64,000 bases of DNA from Apus apus (Eukaryota). The notes below the pieces were generated by a model, which was given only the letters and a program-made list of their open reading frames with translations, did not search any database and was not told where the DNA came from. The stretch covers positions 365,940 to 429,939 of the forward strand of contig NC_067310.1 of assembly GCF_020740795.1 (NCBI RefSeq), given 5' to 3'. A program made the translations under genes and the position numbers. Below are positions 35,092 to 48,653 of this stretch, in pieces. Each line of letters starts with the position of its first letter. The stretch's first letter is position 1.

Positions 35092-36323
35092 GTTCTGGAG
35101 CCGGAGCTACAGAGGTTCCAAGGCCAACTACACGACACCTGAGAAGGAGAAACTTGCAGCATATGAAGGAGTAAGAGCCGCTTCGGCAGTGATCGGCACT
35201 GAAGTGCAGCTCCTGCTCCTCCCGGCGCCCCCATTGCTGGGGCTGGGCTGGGTGTCCAAGAACAATGTTTCTCCTACTCATCAAGCCACCTACATGGAGT
35301 TAATGGACTGCTTTAATTACCCAGCGAGCCAAAATGATCCAGGTATCGTAGAAGCAATTCCAGACTGGCCAGAAGGCACACACTTTGGAACGCCACCACA
35401 AGAAGTGGTGAGACGGGCTCAAGAAGCTCCACCATATGCTCATCTACCAGAGACTGGGAAACAATTTGCTCTTGTCACGGATGGCTCCTGTTGTCTTGTA
35501 GGGAACCACCAAAAGTGGAAAGCTGCTGCGTTGGGTCCTACACAACTGGTTGCAGAGGCAGCTAAAGGAGAAGGTGAATCGAGTCAGTTTGCAGAGCTCA
35601 AAGCCATCCAGCTGGCTTTGGACACTGCTGAGTGAGAGGGGTGGCAAAGACTCTCTCTCTACACTGACTCGTGGATGGCAGCAAATGCCCTGTGGGGTTG
35701 GCTAAAGCAGGGGCAGCAGAACAACTGGAGTGAAAAGGTCAACCTCTTTGGGTTGCTGACCTGTGGAAAGACACTGCGGCTGGGATAGAGAAACTGGTGG
35801 TAAAAGTGCATCATGGAGATGCACACGTGCCTCTGAGTCGAGCCACTGAGGAACATGGACACAACCAACGAGCAGGTGAGGCTGCTCGACTGTTCCAAAG
35901 AGACTTGGTCTGGGAACATAAGGGTGAGCTCTTTCTGGCTCGATGGGCCCGTGACACTTCAGGTCATCAGGGCAGAGATGCAACATACAGATGGGCTCGT
36001 GACCGAGGGGTGGACTTAACCATGGACACTATTGAGCAGGTGATCCACGACTGTGAGACGTGCTGCAATTAAGCAGGTGAAATGGTTGAAACCTTTGTGG
36101 TATGAGAGCAGGTGGTCAAAGTGCAGGTATGGGGAGGCCTGGCAAATTGACTGCATCACACTGCCTCAGACCTTCCAGGGTAAGCGCTGTGTGCTTACAG
36201 TTGTGGAAACTGTCCTGGTTTGAGCCAGGATGAAGCCAATTTTCCTTTTTACTGACTTTTTTTCCTTCAGTAAGCTTTCTTTTAACTAGAGACGTTCTAC
36301 AGAGTTCTTTTAACTGGAGACGG

Positions 36324-37260
36324 TTATGGGGCTTTGCCATCATGGTCCCATGTTGGCACTTTCAGATTACCTTGAGGTACACATTGCACTCTATCATCTT
36401 CCATCATCACACACCAGGTATGTCCAAGTCCCTGAGCAAAAGCAACACCCTGGAGAAGTTTATTTTTGCCTGGAGCAGGATAGACCCAGACACTTGTACT
36501 CAGCAGGTTTCTTTCACATATCAGAGGGACTTTATCCCCATCTGCAGTATATAAAAGGTCTGACTGAGCAGGACCAGTCCGACTGATGGATCCCCTGGTA
36601 TTGACTAACCAGGTGGTCTTTGCCAAATGTTTGTCCCAATTACTGAAAGTTCCACCACCCTTTCCTTTCAGGGTGGCTTTCAACAGACCATTGCACCTTT
36701 CAGTTTTCCCTGGGGTTTGTGCAAAGTACAGATATTGTATATCCATGCAATACCATATTCTTTTGTCAGTCACAAGACTGTTTTTGAAATGAGTCCCATT
36801 GTCTGACTCAAGTTTTTCTGGAGTACCATGTCTCCACAGAACTTGATTCTCAAGGCCCAGGATAGTATTCCTGGGTGTGACATAAGGCACAGGAGATGTT
36901 TCCAGCCACCCTGCCTGTGTTTCCACAACTGTAAGCACATGGCACTTACCCTGCCAGGTCTGAGGCAGTGTGTTGCAGTCAATTTGCCAGGCCTCCCCAT
37001 ACCTGCACTTTGACCACCTGCTCTCATACCACAAAGGTTTCAACCATTTCACCTGCTTAATTGCAGCACGTCTCACAGTCGTGGATCACCTGCTCAATAG
37101 TGTCCATGGTTAAGTCCACCCCTCGGTCACGAGCCCATCTGTATGTTGCATCTCTGCCCTGATGACCTGAAGTGTCACGGGCCCATCGAGCCAGAAAGAG
37201 CTCACCCTTATGTTCCCAGTCCAAGTCTGTCATGATCCGGTATTCAGATATGTAATCGGC
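36324..37260 (-). mobile_element. ERV integrase, inverted duplicate with an open 250-aa core ORF
   Basis: ORF 36324-37076 (-) is …WQIDCNTLP…VETQAGW…ESDNGTHF…, preceded by zinc-finger sequence at 37077-37260. This is the inverted partner of the plus-strand IN start at 36060-36200. Confidence 0.65.
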
Positions 37261-37770
37261 AATAACCAGCCAGGAAAAGAATTTAGAAATTAATCAATTT
37301 ATTTGAGGTAGGTGAGCAAACTATGCTCTGCCAATGGCGCGCACGCGGCTCTGCACAGGGGTCCCTTTTATACATTTATTTTTCCCACGTTCGGAGGGTC
37401 CACCTCTCTTGGAAAATTCCATCCTTGTCCTGCCGTTTTTGGGAGGTCCTCCCCCCTCTTGGCAAATTCCATTCCCTTTCCCGCCGTTGCAGAGGGGGGG
37501 AGGGTCTGTCTCTTTCTCTCGGTAAATTCCATTCTCTGCGTTGTTGTTGTTCTCCGGGGCTTGCATAGTCAATCAAGATGTTATATAACTTATAGTTTTA
37601 TCTACCTGATATGGCCATCAGCATTTAATAAAAAAGTATGACTTCCAACGTTAACCATTACATAACAGAACATAACTACAAATATTTAATAAACATTGCA
37701 GCCTGACAATCCAGCCATATACATTCACATTTGATCAGCAAATTAAATTCCTGATTCACCTATAACAGGA
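37260..37770. mobile_element. LTR-like repeat (paired with 42290-42770)
   Basis: Shared segments gcaataaccagccag…aatttagaa…atttgaggta.gtgagcaaac and …ttcacatttgatcagcaaatta…ttcacctataaca. Confidence 0.45.
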
Positions 37771-38049
37771 TATGTGGCAATTTTTTATGATCTTGCCAGG
37801 ACAAAACAAAGGTAACACAACCTCGGGTGCACAAATGGGCACCGGGGCTGGCGTGCAGTCTTATGAGAGATTGGGCAGAACCCCCTTGCTTTCTAACACT
37901 TCTCACCGCAGTGGGAGGCTGGGGCAGCTGGATTTTGCCTTCCCTCTCCTGGTATAAGCCGCATGGCAGCTGCACCCTTTGTTGCCTGGCAGGACCTGAG
38001 AAGAAGTTTAAAGGTGATCCCAAATGGTGAAATTAAGACACAGAGGAGG

Positions 38050-38680
38050 TCAGATGTCACACGCACAACAAGCTTTTATTTTATTCTCAAAAACTTCTTC
38101 TGGCATGTCACCCCACACAACGATGTCATGCATGTACTGCAGGTGTTCTGGAGCTCCACCCTTCTCCAGTGCAGTGTGGATCAGTCCATGGCCAATGGTT
38201 GAGCTGTGTTTCCAGCCCTGGGGCAGTTGATTCCAGGTGTACTCGACTCCCCTGCAGGTGAAAGCCAACTGTGGCCTGCACTCTGGTGTTAGAGGAACAG
38301 AGAAGAAGGCACGACCAATGTCCACGGCGGCAACACCACCTGGCTGCTTTTGACTCCAGCTCGTACTGAAGCTCTAGCATGTCTGGCACAGCAGCACTGA
38401 GCGGTGGTGTCACCTCATTCAGGACATGATAGTCCACTGTCAGCCTCCACTGGCCATCAGGCCTCCTCACTGGCCAGACAGGACTGTTGAAGGGTGAGTG
38501 AGTCCTGCTGATCACTCCTTGGCTCTCCAACTGCCGATTCAGCTTGTGAATGGGGATCACAGAGTCTCTGTTGGTGCGATATTGTCGTCTGTGCACTGTT
38601 GAAGTGGCAGTTGGCACCTGCTGGTCTTCAACCTTCAGCAACCCCACTAGAGAAGGGTCATGTGAAAGGCCAGGCAAAGT
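38050..38680 (-). mobile_element. ERV RT fragment (frameshifted)
   Basis: …SPFNSPVWPVRRPDGQWRLTVDYHVLNEVTPPLSAAVPDM… and …LDIGRAFFSVPL…YTWNQLPQGWKHSSTI… in different frames. Confidence 0.6.
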
Positions 38681-38789
38681 AGGCAGCTGTTCAGTGTCCT
38701 CAGTCTCTACAGCTGCTCTACCAAAGGCCCACCGGTGCCCTGTTGGGTCACGGAAATACCCTTTTTTGGATAGGCTATGTTAAGAATGC

Positions 38790-39460
38790 ACGGAGCATCT
38801 GGGCCAGTCACTCTAGGGTGCAAGGGCTGATTGGTGACAGCCAACACAACTTCACTAAGGACAAGTCCTGCCTGACTAATTTGGTGGCCTTTTACGATGG
38901 GGTCACAGCCTTGGTGGACCAAGGCAGAGCAACAGACATCATCTACCTGTGCAAAGTGTTCGACACTGTCCCACACAACATTCTGCTCTCAGAACTGGAA
39001 CCTTGCAGTTTTGATGGATGGACCACTTGTTGCATAAGGAACTGGCTGGATGGTCACATCCAAAGAGTTGTGATCACTGGCTTGATGTTCCATTGGACAC
39101 AAGTGACAAGTGGTGTTCCTCAAGGGTCCGTACTCAGACCAGTAATGTTTCACATCTTTGTCACCAACATGGACAGTGGTATTGAGTGCATCCTCAGCAA
39201 GTTTGTTGATGACACCAAACTGCGTGGTGAAGTCAACATGCTGGAGGGAAAGAATGCCAACCAGAGGGACCCTGACAGACTCAAGAAGGGGGATCGTGCT
39301 AACTAGATGAAGTGCAACCAGGCCAAGTGCAAGGTTCTGGGTCCCTGGGTCAAGGCAATCCCACACATTAATACAGGTTGGGAGGAGAACAGATTGAGGG
39401 CAGCCCTGTGGAGAAGGACTTGGGGGTGATGGATGAGAAGCTCAACATGACAGTTCAGTA
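38790..39460 (+). mobile_element. CR1 RT fragment
   Basis: …[50 protein letters not shown]…FVDDTKLRGEVNMLEGK…. Confidence 0.7.
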
Positions 39461-41643
39461 ACTGAAGGAATGAGAATGAAAAACAAGAGCTGCAAAAGCA
39501 AAGCCTCAACAGCTCCCACCCAGCTGCTGGGCCAGTCTGAGCTCTCCCTGCACCTGTGTGTCTTGCACTCTCTCTTGTCCACATCACAGGTATCAGCCCC
39601 ACTACCAAAGCATTGGAACAAGCAACAAAGAAGTGGCTCACCTTCATGGTGGGTAAAGGCCTTTCTCATGAGGCGCAGTTCCTTTAGAGGGAAAGGTTGG
39701 ACAAAATCATCATTGTCATCTGCTTGAGAGAGGCCTGCTCCTCCATGTGCTCGAGAAGGGCCTGCTGCTCCTTTATCTGTTTTCAAAGTGTCTGCTCCTG
39801 CAGTTACTTCTTTTAACATTGCTTTTAAAAAGGGCTCCTCTACTGTTAAACGTGTTCTTGTGGTCTCTGGTGGCTGTTTCTTTGCTCTGCTCCTAGTCAC
39901 AGGATTAACTGTAACTTTTGTTTGTTTGGATTGAACGGGAGTGGCCTTAGTCTTAGCAGCAGTGCTGGCAGCAGCCTTGCCTGTGGGGAAGTGGATTGTG
40001 ATCACTCTAGGCGTCCACAGTACATTCTAAACATTCAGCAGAAGCATCCCTGCTGAACCAATGCCATTTAGACCAAAGTTGGGAGATTCAGTCTGAGAGA
40101 AAATTGAGAGGTAAAACTGGCCCTGCCGTTACCAACACAGACCTTTCTGTTCACATAAAAATCTCTACTATACAGTGCCACCCTATAGATCAGGATCAAA
40201 ACCCCCTGTGGTCACTCACATGATAGATTATGGCTTTGGCTATAGCCGTGTTGATAAACCATAGAACAATAACAAGAGCAGCTCCACAGAGCAGTATGAT
40301 CCTGGCTGCACATCACATGTACGACTGCGTGTTGGGAGAAAGGTCCAGCAGAAACACTGCAGAAAGTGTCTGTTCAGTTTTCAACCTGTCAGTATATTCA
40401 CCAGAAGCGTTGCCCATTGCTATCTGATGGATACCTCCTATCAGAGATGCAATTTTAAACATTCACCAATTAGTGAGAATTTATAGCCTGGGCTTAAAAT
40501 TGTGCCCCATATTGGGCGCCAATAAATTTGTTGTCACGGGTTGACTCAGGATGAGCGATTAACCAGAGGCAACGATGCTCTCAGAACCCCTCCCCCTTCC
40601 ACCCAGGTAGCGAAAGAGAGAGAAAATTGAAGAGAGAGACACTCTGGATTGAAAATTAAAGTAAACAGCTTTAATTAAATACTAATGGTGAAAGAAAATA
40701 TGTACAATCCTATACAAGTATGTTCAGGAATGTGTAAAACGCTCTTGCTTCCCCCTACCTCCAGCAACTCCCCTGATATCTCCTGAACTGTAAACATCCC
40801 TGAAATGTCCCGGAGAGGGACAGGGAGAGGGAAGAGCAGACAGGAGCTGAGAGGAGAGCGATGAGGGGCAGGGATGCATGAGCCTGGGGATCGACCGGGA
40901 TGGACAGACTGAGTCCTGACCAGATGCTGGCCATGGACAGGAGAGAAGAGGATGTGGGGAACGGTCCGTCTTCTCTCCCCCCACATAAGACTAAACAAAA
41001 TGCCTTTCACGCCAGCAAAGCAAGAGTGGCGTCTTTTTACTGATTTAGCCAAGGACAGACTGGAACAGGCCTCTTGTTCTACCAGATAACTCCACAGCGG
41101 GAAAGACAGCATGAGGGTTGTGATGACTGGCAGAAGGATGGACAATAGGTTGGAGACTGCCTCTAACAGAGCATGTACCTGGCTAGTGCTAATTGGCTAA
41201 TTTGAACAGAGGTACTTTCTCAAACAGTGATTTCTGCTTTATAAAAGAGGGCAAGATCGGCAGGCTGGTGCTCTCTGCCTGCCCAGGAGGAGACCCTGCT
41301 GCAGGACCTGGACCTGCCTGGAACGCCAGCCCCGCTGTCCAGAGGAGCCGAGAGGGAAGGGGGGGCTGCCCCGCGACCGCTGCCCAGAGAAGCGGAAAGG
41401 GGGGGGAGGGGGGCCGCCTGTGCCCGCTCCTCGGGGCCCCTGCCTGCCCAGCCTGAACCAAACCAGACCAAAGTAAGAGATTGCCCAGCCGGCATTCGCC
41501 ACCTACTTCGGGACTAGAGCCGTGCTTGCCGCAGCTGCTGCTGCTGGGAGGGGTCGCCCCGGTTCCCGGGAAGCCCCCCCACGGATCTCCTGCCGAGCCT
41601 GCCAGCGCATCCCGGGAACCACGCGCTACGGAAGGCGGGTAAA

Positions 41644-41724
41644 TACACACACAGACACACAGACACACACACAGACACACAGACACACAGACACACAGAC
41701 ACACACACACACACACACACACAC
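41644..41724. repeat. (CA)n/(CAGA)n microsatellite
   Basis: acacacacagacacacagacacac…acacacacac. Confidence 0.9.
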
Positions 41725-42289
41725 TCTAACTTTCCTGCCGGGCTCAACTCCTACCCTTTTCACTCCATTGATTTTACACTCCTCCTTGGAGTGTGCCTTT
41801 AATAAGACCATAATACCTGTGAATCCCTTTTCCAATACACACCTAGACAACCTCTCCTGAACCTTGATCCCTTAATTTGTGTTGACCCTTAATAAACTGA
41901 TTAATTCATAAACTAAACATTGGTCTCAGTAACAATTTGTGAGCGTGGTGGTAGGGTATTCTAATCTACCCTCTAAGATTCGGCCCCGCAGTGGCCGTCC
42001 CTCTGTGAGAGGTGAATGCCACATGTGACCCTCAGTCTCATTCACAAACCTCTCCACACTGGGTGGGGAAGTTGCGGAAACATCCTGACAGCCGGGAACC
42101 CCCCAGTACCGGCCCGCGACAGAGAAGAAGCAGGAAGGAAGTTGTCTTCTGTGATCTCTGACCTTCCTCTGAGCTTATGTAGATACAGGGAATGGAAAAC
42201 TGGTTAATTTGCTGTCTGTCTAGTCCACTCCTCCATAAAGAAGAAGAGGCTGCAGTTTCAACAAGTAGAGCAACATGACTGTAATTGGC

Positions 42290-42770
42290 AATAACCAGCC
42301 AGAAAAAGAATTTAGAATTAATTTATTTATTTGAGGTAAGTGAGCAAACAGCGCTGGGCACGCCGGGAATCACTGCTCCACCAAGACGCGCGCTCGGCTC
42401 CTCACGGGGTCCTTTCTTATACAATTCTTTTTTCCCCGCCGTTGCAAAGCTCCACCCCTTCTTGGAAAACTCCATCCTCTGTGTTGTGGTTGCCGCTCTT
42501 CAGGACATGCGCAGTCACTCAAAATGTTATATAACTTTTGGTTCGATACACTTGATTATATAACAGGGTATAGCTTCCAACATTAACCCTCACATAACCA
42601 TTACATAACATTCAACACTTTACAAACATGAACGTAACTCCTAACACTTAACAAACATAACTTCCAGCATTTAACAAACATTGCAGTTTAACATTCAACC
42701 ATACACATTCACATTTGATCAGCAAATTAACTTCATGATTCACCTATAACAATGACCATGGCATCTAAAC
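42290..42770. mobile_element. LTR-like repeat (partner of 37260-37770)
   Basis: As above; abuts the 3' end of the GBP fragment. Confidence 0.45.
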
Positions 42771-42893
42771 AGAAGCATAAAAATTCAAATTCCAGCATTA
42801 TCAGTCATCTAGATGGGAAACCTTGGGATACTTAAAAGAGAACTCATTGAAGGAAAAAAAATCAGAAAAAAGGAAAATTGGCATAATTGTGAC

Positions 42894-43930
42894 TCAAAAC
42901 AAGATACAGGTGTTATCATTTTGCTGCTGCAGCCTACCGGTCACCTGGCACATGTGGTCAGCTCTGTCAGAGAAGCCCGCTTGTCTCAGTGCTCTCTCAT
43001 TCTGGAAAGAAAGACAAATTGTCAGAGGGGGCATGGTGCATGCCGTGAGAGGGGCAAAGACCAAAGAAGCAACAAGAGGGACCCTGCTGGGACCTCTGTG
43101 CCATTCCTGCCTGCTGGCCACCCCTTGGCACCTGCACATTCCGCCCCCCCCCCCCACCCCGAGTACCTCTAATTTATGTCTGATTATCCTCTCCTGCTCC
43201 TCCAGCTGCTTCTTGTAGGAATCCTCCAGCTGCTTTCTCAGCTGACGCTCGTGCTCTTTGGTTTTGCGTAGCTGGTCCTGCAACTTCTGCTTCTCTTCAG
43301 CCTCCTTCTTCCTCTGGACTTCCCTCTCCTGCTCAGCTCTCTCATTCTGCTCTTGTGCACCTGGTGACAGAGAAACAGAGGTGTTGCCAGGGCAGGAGCT
43401 GAGCCCGCAAGCCCCCGAGGAGTACTGCTGTCCCTCTCCATTGTGCCTGGCCCTCTACAGGCAGCGTCATTTCTCCAGCCCAGAAGTTACTTTTCATCTC
43501 CTTGTCCTTCTCTGTCAGGGAGAGCTCTGTGTTGCGGATGTGTTGGGCCAGAGTCTGTGTCCTTTGGAGGAACTGCAGCAGGACAGCATCAGCCTGTAGG
43601 AGCCCAGGGAGAAGAGGAGTCAAGAGGGAAACCAGCAGCTGGGGAGAACGGCATCTTGGGGAAGGGGATGGGACATTGAGCCTTTTGCTCTTGAAGGAGA
43701 GCTGCTCTTGGTCCTACCTTCACTCCCTTGCCAGGCAGATCCCTGTACTTCTCCACCACTGCCTGCTGGTCTCCTCTGAACTGCTCGTAACCCCCTGACA
43801 CGCTGTAGACACCATCACGGACTCGTTTGTCCAGGGCTTGGGAGAGGTCCGTGAGAGCAGCCTCACACTTGTCCTGGGATGCCTGCTCGTTGTCCATGGA
43901 GAACTTCACCTTGATGGCCTCGACCCGGCG
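42894..43930 (-). pseudogene. GBP: 5'-truncated GBP gene fragment (exons 8-11 only; exons 2-7 and promoter absent)
   Basis: Exon 8' is 43718-43930 ([10 protein letters not shown]…GKGVK), exon 9' is 43491-43593, exon 10' is 43167-43360, and the terminal exon 42894-43001 is diverged (…[35 protein letters not shown]). The 5' breakpoint at ~44081 lies inside a CR1 3' end. The 3' side abuts LTR-like sequence at 42290-42770. Confidence 0.75.
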
Positions 43931-44081
43931 CTGTGCGTGCAGGGGCAGAGGGAAGACACCAGCCCTGGCCGAGCCGCACCCACCGCGCTCAGGCAGGGCA
44001 CACATCGAGCCAGGAGGACGTGGGAATTGGGATCTCCCGTCCGTGGGGTGAACAGCTGGGAGGGGACAGATGGGGAGGGCG

Positions 44082-46022
44082 TTAGGACCTCTAAAGGTTA
44101 TCTGGTCCAACCCCCCTACAATAAGCAGGGACATCTCACACTGGAACAGATTACTCAGAGCCCCATCAAGCCTGATCTTGAATGTCTCCAGGTGTGGGGT
44201 CCCCACCCCCTCTCTAGGCAACTAATGATCCACCACCCTCATACTAAAGAACTTTTTCCTAATGTCCAACCTAAATCTAGCCTCTTTAGTTGGAAAGCAT
44301 CACCCCTTGTCCTATAGTTACATGCCCTGTGAACAGCTCTTCCCCAGCCTTCTTATAGGCCCCTTTCAGGTACTGGAAGATCACTATATATATGGTCTCC
44401 CCAGAGTCTTCTCTTCTCCAGGCTGAACAACTCCAGCTCCCTCAGCCTGTCTTCCTAAGAGAGGTGCTCCAGCCCTTGAATCATTTTCTTTGCCTTCCTC
44501 TGGACATGCTCCAACAGGTCCACATCCTTCCTGTGTTGAGGGCTCCAGAGATGGAGCCAGCACTCCAGGTGAGGTCTCCCCAGAGCAGAGTAGAGGGGCA
44601 GAATCACCTCTCGAGCTGCTGGCCATGCTTCTTTTGATGTGGTTGGCCTTCTGGGCTGCAATTGCACATTGGTGGCTCATGTCCAGCTTTGGATCCACTA
44701 GTACCCCCTGGTCTTCCACAGGGCTGCTCACTAGCATGTTGTCCCCCAGCCTGTATTGGTATCTGTGGTTGCCCTGGCTGAGGTGCAGGGTGCACTTGGC
44801 GTTGTTGAACCTCAGGAGGTTCACTTGGGTCCACTTCTCCAGCTTGTCCAGGTCCCTCTGGCATGTCAACTGCACCACCCAGCCTGATGCCATCAGCAGA
44901 CTGCCTGAGGTTGCTCTCAATGCCACTGTCAATATTGTTAATGAACATATTAAACAGCAGTGGTCCCAGTATGGACCCCTGAAGAACACCACTTGTCACC
45001 ACTTTCCATCTAGACATCGAGCCATTGAGCACTGCCCTCTGGATGTGACCATCCAGCCAGTTCCTTATCCACTGAAATGTCCGCCCCTCAAACCCGTGTC
45101 TCCTCAACTTAGAGAGAAGGATGTTGTGGGGGTCCGTGTCAAAGGCCTTGCAGAAGTCCAGATAGATGACATCTGTAAGTCTTCCCTTGTCCACTGGTGC
45201 AATCACTCAATTGTAGAAAGCCACTAGGTTGGTCAGGCAGGATTTGTCCCTAGTAAAGCCATGCTGGCTGTCCTGAATCACCTCCCCATTCTCCATGTGC
45301 CTTAGCGTGTCTTCTAGGAGGATCTGTTCCATGATTCTTCCCAGGCACAGAGGTGAGGCTGACAAGTCCCTAGTTCCCAGAGTCCTCCTTTCTACCCTTT
45401 TTAAAATGGGCGTAATGTTTCCCTTTTTCCAGTCACCAGGGACTTCACCTGACTGCCAGGACTTTTCAGATATCACGGAGAGTGGCTTGTCAACTGCATC
45501 AGCCAATTCCTTCAGGACTCTGGGAGGCATCTCATCAGGTCCCATGGACTTGTGTATGTCCAGGTTCCTCAGCTGGTCATGAACCTTGTCTTCACTTACG
45601 GTGGGAGGAACTTTGTCTCCCTGGTCTCCGTCCTGTGGGCCATCAACTTGAGAGGCATGAGGAGAGGGGTTGCCAGTGAAAACTGAAGCAAAAAAGTTGC
45701 TGATAACCTCAGCATTCTTGTCTGTTGTTCCTAGATCAGCATTGCTGCCCATCGGGACGGGACACTTTCTTTAAACTTCCTTTGCTGCTTTTTGTACCTG
45801 TAGAAGCCCTTCTTGTTTTTCTTCACATCCCTTGCCAAGTCCAGCTCCAGCTGTGCCTTGGCCTCCCTGACCTCATCCCTACAAAGCCAGGCAGTGTCCC
45901 TATACTCTTCCCAGAATACCTGTCCCCTCCTCCAGTGCCTCTGCAGTTCCATCTTGTCTTTAGTTTGGCCAGAAGGTCTTGACTGAGCCATGCTGGTCTC
46001 TTGCCTTCCTTGCCTGATTGCT
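44082..46022 (-). mobile_element. CR1 LINE (inverted copy, missing the last ~30 bp at the palindrome breakpoint)
   Basis: Mirror of 33123-35091, truncated at ggtcct|aacgc where it abuts GBP intron sequence. Confidence 0.75.
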
Positions 46023-48653
46023 TTCAACTCCAGCTCGTACTGAAACTCTGGCATGTCTGGCACAGCAGCACTGAGCGGTGGTGTCACCTCATTCAGGACA
46101 TGATAGTCCACTGTCAGCCTCTGGCATTAGGGTGAACTGCGCACCAGTGTCCACCAGGGCTTTATACTTTTGTGGTTCTAATGTGCCAGGCCACCGAATC
46201 CGCACAGTCCAGTAAACTCAATTGTCTCTTTCCTCCTCCTGGCTAGAGGCAGGGCGCCTCTCATGTTGAGCATTTGAGGTTGAAGCACTGAGATCTAGAG
46301 TCCGTCCATTCTGGTTGGAGGACTGGTTGCTGGAGACTGGAGCAGCCCTCTTCCTGGAAGGACCTTCTCCTGTAATTGTTCCGCCTAGCAGCTCATGTAT
46401 GTGTACGTGGAGAACAGCAGTGGGTTTCTTGTCCCAGGTTCTCATGTTCTCTTTATAATGGTCATGCAAGAGAGATCACGGGTGGCGTGGAAGTGGGTCC
46501 CGTCCCTCTTGCTGCTGCCTCGTAGCAGGACGTCTCTTACTGGGAGGACAGGTCAGTGGATCAGCTCCCCTTCGCTGCCTTGGGGACACCTGTTGGTGCC
46601 CACTCATGGCAGGGACAAGGCCTGACGGCAACTCACCTGTCACCACATCCCAGGTGTCCAGGGCTTGGAGGGAATGTCTGCTGGTCCTAAAGGGCAAGGG
46701 TGGGAGCCGGAGAGCACTGCTAATGCAGCTCAGCAGCTGAGGACCTGGTGCTGGCAGCGGGGTTTGGGGCTCTACAACAGGACCCTGCGTGCAGATCAGG
46801 GTCTACCAGGGAGAGACGGGATCCACCTCACCAAGGGGCAAGGGAATCTAGGGATGAGAGGGAGAGAGTATCCAGCAGCCATTTGAGGGAGTGAGGCAGG
46901 GGCAATGAGCACAGGCCCTGGGCTGATGTGACGGGGTGGCATCACAAAACCGACCAACCACACCTTAAGCAGGTCACCTCCAACACTCGTGTGTAAGCAG
47001 AAAAGTGTCAACATGGGACCATGATGGCAAAGGCCCATAACCCTCTCCAGGAGCTCCAGGAGCTGGGGTGCCTCTCCCAAGGGTCTGTGCATTAGTGCAC
47101 AGGGTAGGGGAATAACCGTGAGGAGCGAGAGTCCTGTGAGCTGCTGCAGGGCTACGATGCGGCTGGGATCGCAGAGACGTGGTGGGATGGGTCCCAGGGC
47201 TGGAGTCTTGCAGGGATACAGGCTCTCCCAGTTGGGAGGGCTGAGAGGGAAATCTGCACCAGCACAAGAGCAGGTGGAGGAACTGAGCCAGGGCTGTGTC
47301 CTCAGCAGGCTCCCCAGGACCTTCCTGGGTGAGCAGCGCTGTGCTCCATGGACCTCCCCTGCAGGGATGGAGTGTCCACACAGCAGGAAGGGCCTTCCAG
47401 GGGCTGGTGCCTCTGGGGCAACTGCCTTGGGACCAGCCCCTCTGCCTATAGGGAACTCAGAAACCTCTACATCTTTTACACCTTCCCTCACTGGAACAGT
47501 TGGGGTCCCTGCTTCTTCAAATGAACACCAACAGGAGCAGAGGAAGCGGCCTGAAGTTGCCCCAGGGGAGGTTCTGACTGGCTATCTGGAAGCATCTCTT
47601 TACCCAAAGACTGGTCAGGCACTGGAAGGGTCTGCCCAGGGAGGTGGTGGAGTCACCATCCCTGGAGGCATTTGAGAAACATGTTGATGTGGCACTTCAG
47701 GGCATGCTAGAGAGGGCATGGTGTGGTTTCTGTGGTTTGTGGGGTGAGTGGTTGTGGGCTTTGTTGTTGTTCACTTGGGTGGGATGTGTTGTTCCTTCCA
47801 CTCCTTATCTGGCCCCTGGTGGACAACTGGACCAGATGATCTTAGCGGTCTTTCCAACCAGGAGGATACTGTGATTCTCCTGGTGCAGCTGGAGGTCTGA
47901 TTCCCCGGGGGCAGGAGGGAAGCCCCGTTCTCTATGGGTGACCCCCATTCGACAGCTGAGCCCCACACCACTGGTGGGGTGGAGGAGAGAATGGGCAGGG
48001 CAAAAGAAAGGAGGCAACTCAGGGGTTGAGGGAAGGGCAGTTTAGTAGGCAAAGCAACAGCTGCGTGTGCAAAGAAAACAGAACAAGGGCTGAATTCCCC
48101 ACTTCCCATCGGCAGGCGGGTGTGCAGCCACCTCCAGGACAGGCAGGCTCCATCAGGCGTGAAGGTGACCTGGGAAGACAGTGCTCAGCACGTGGACCCC
48201 TGGTTTGCTCACCACCTCCACCTCCTTCACGCTGCTGCGGGAAGTGTGAGCCGAGGACATGAGCTCAAAGCTCGCCTGGGGGTTTCAGGCAGCCCTGGTA
48301 AGGAGGTCTCCAGAAAAGGTGAGTGGGATCCCCTTTGGCACATTGGCAAAACACTCCCAGCCCGGCCTGCTGGCATCATGGCCTTTCTGTGCCCCAGGCC
48401 AGCCTGGCTTGAGATGTGCCCCACGCCTTCAGGGCAAGGGAGACACCAAGTGCTCTGGCACGGAAGAGGACAACATCTTCATCTGGAGAAGCCCTGTGTG
48501 AATGCACTAGAGAGTGTGGTCCAAGTGCAGGTGGAGGTTAGTTGCATACTCTCTGGCAAGCACCTTGCAGTGCTTTTGAAATGTCACAGGATGGCAGGTA
48601 GGGAAAGCAAAAAGCTCTCTCACTGTGTTACCCCTGGGGCCATAAGGAAATCT

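Noticed and set aside
39442-40005. 187-aa minus-strand ORF MITIHFPTGKAAAS… as a possible ERV gag remnant
   Set aside because: It has no recognisable gag motifs (no MHR and no CCHC zinc knuckle), so it is left uncalled.
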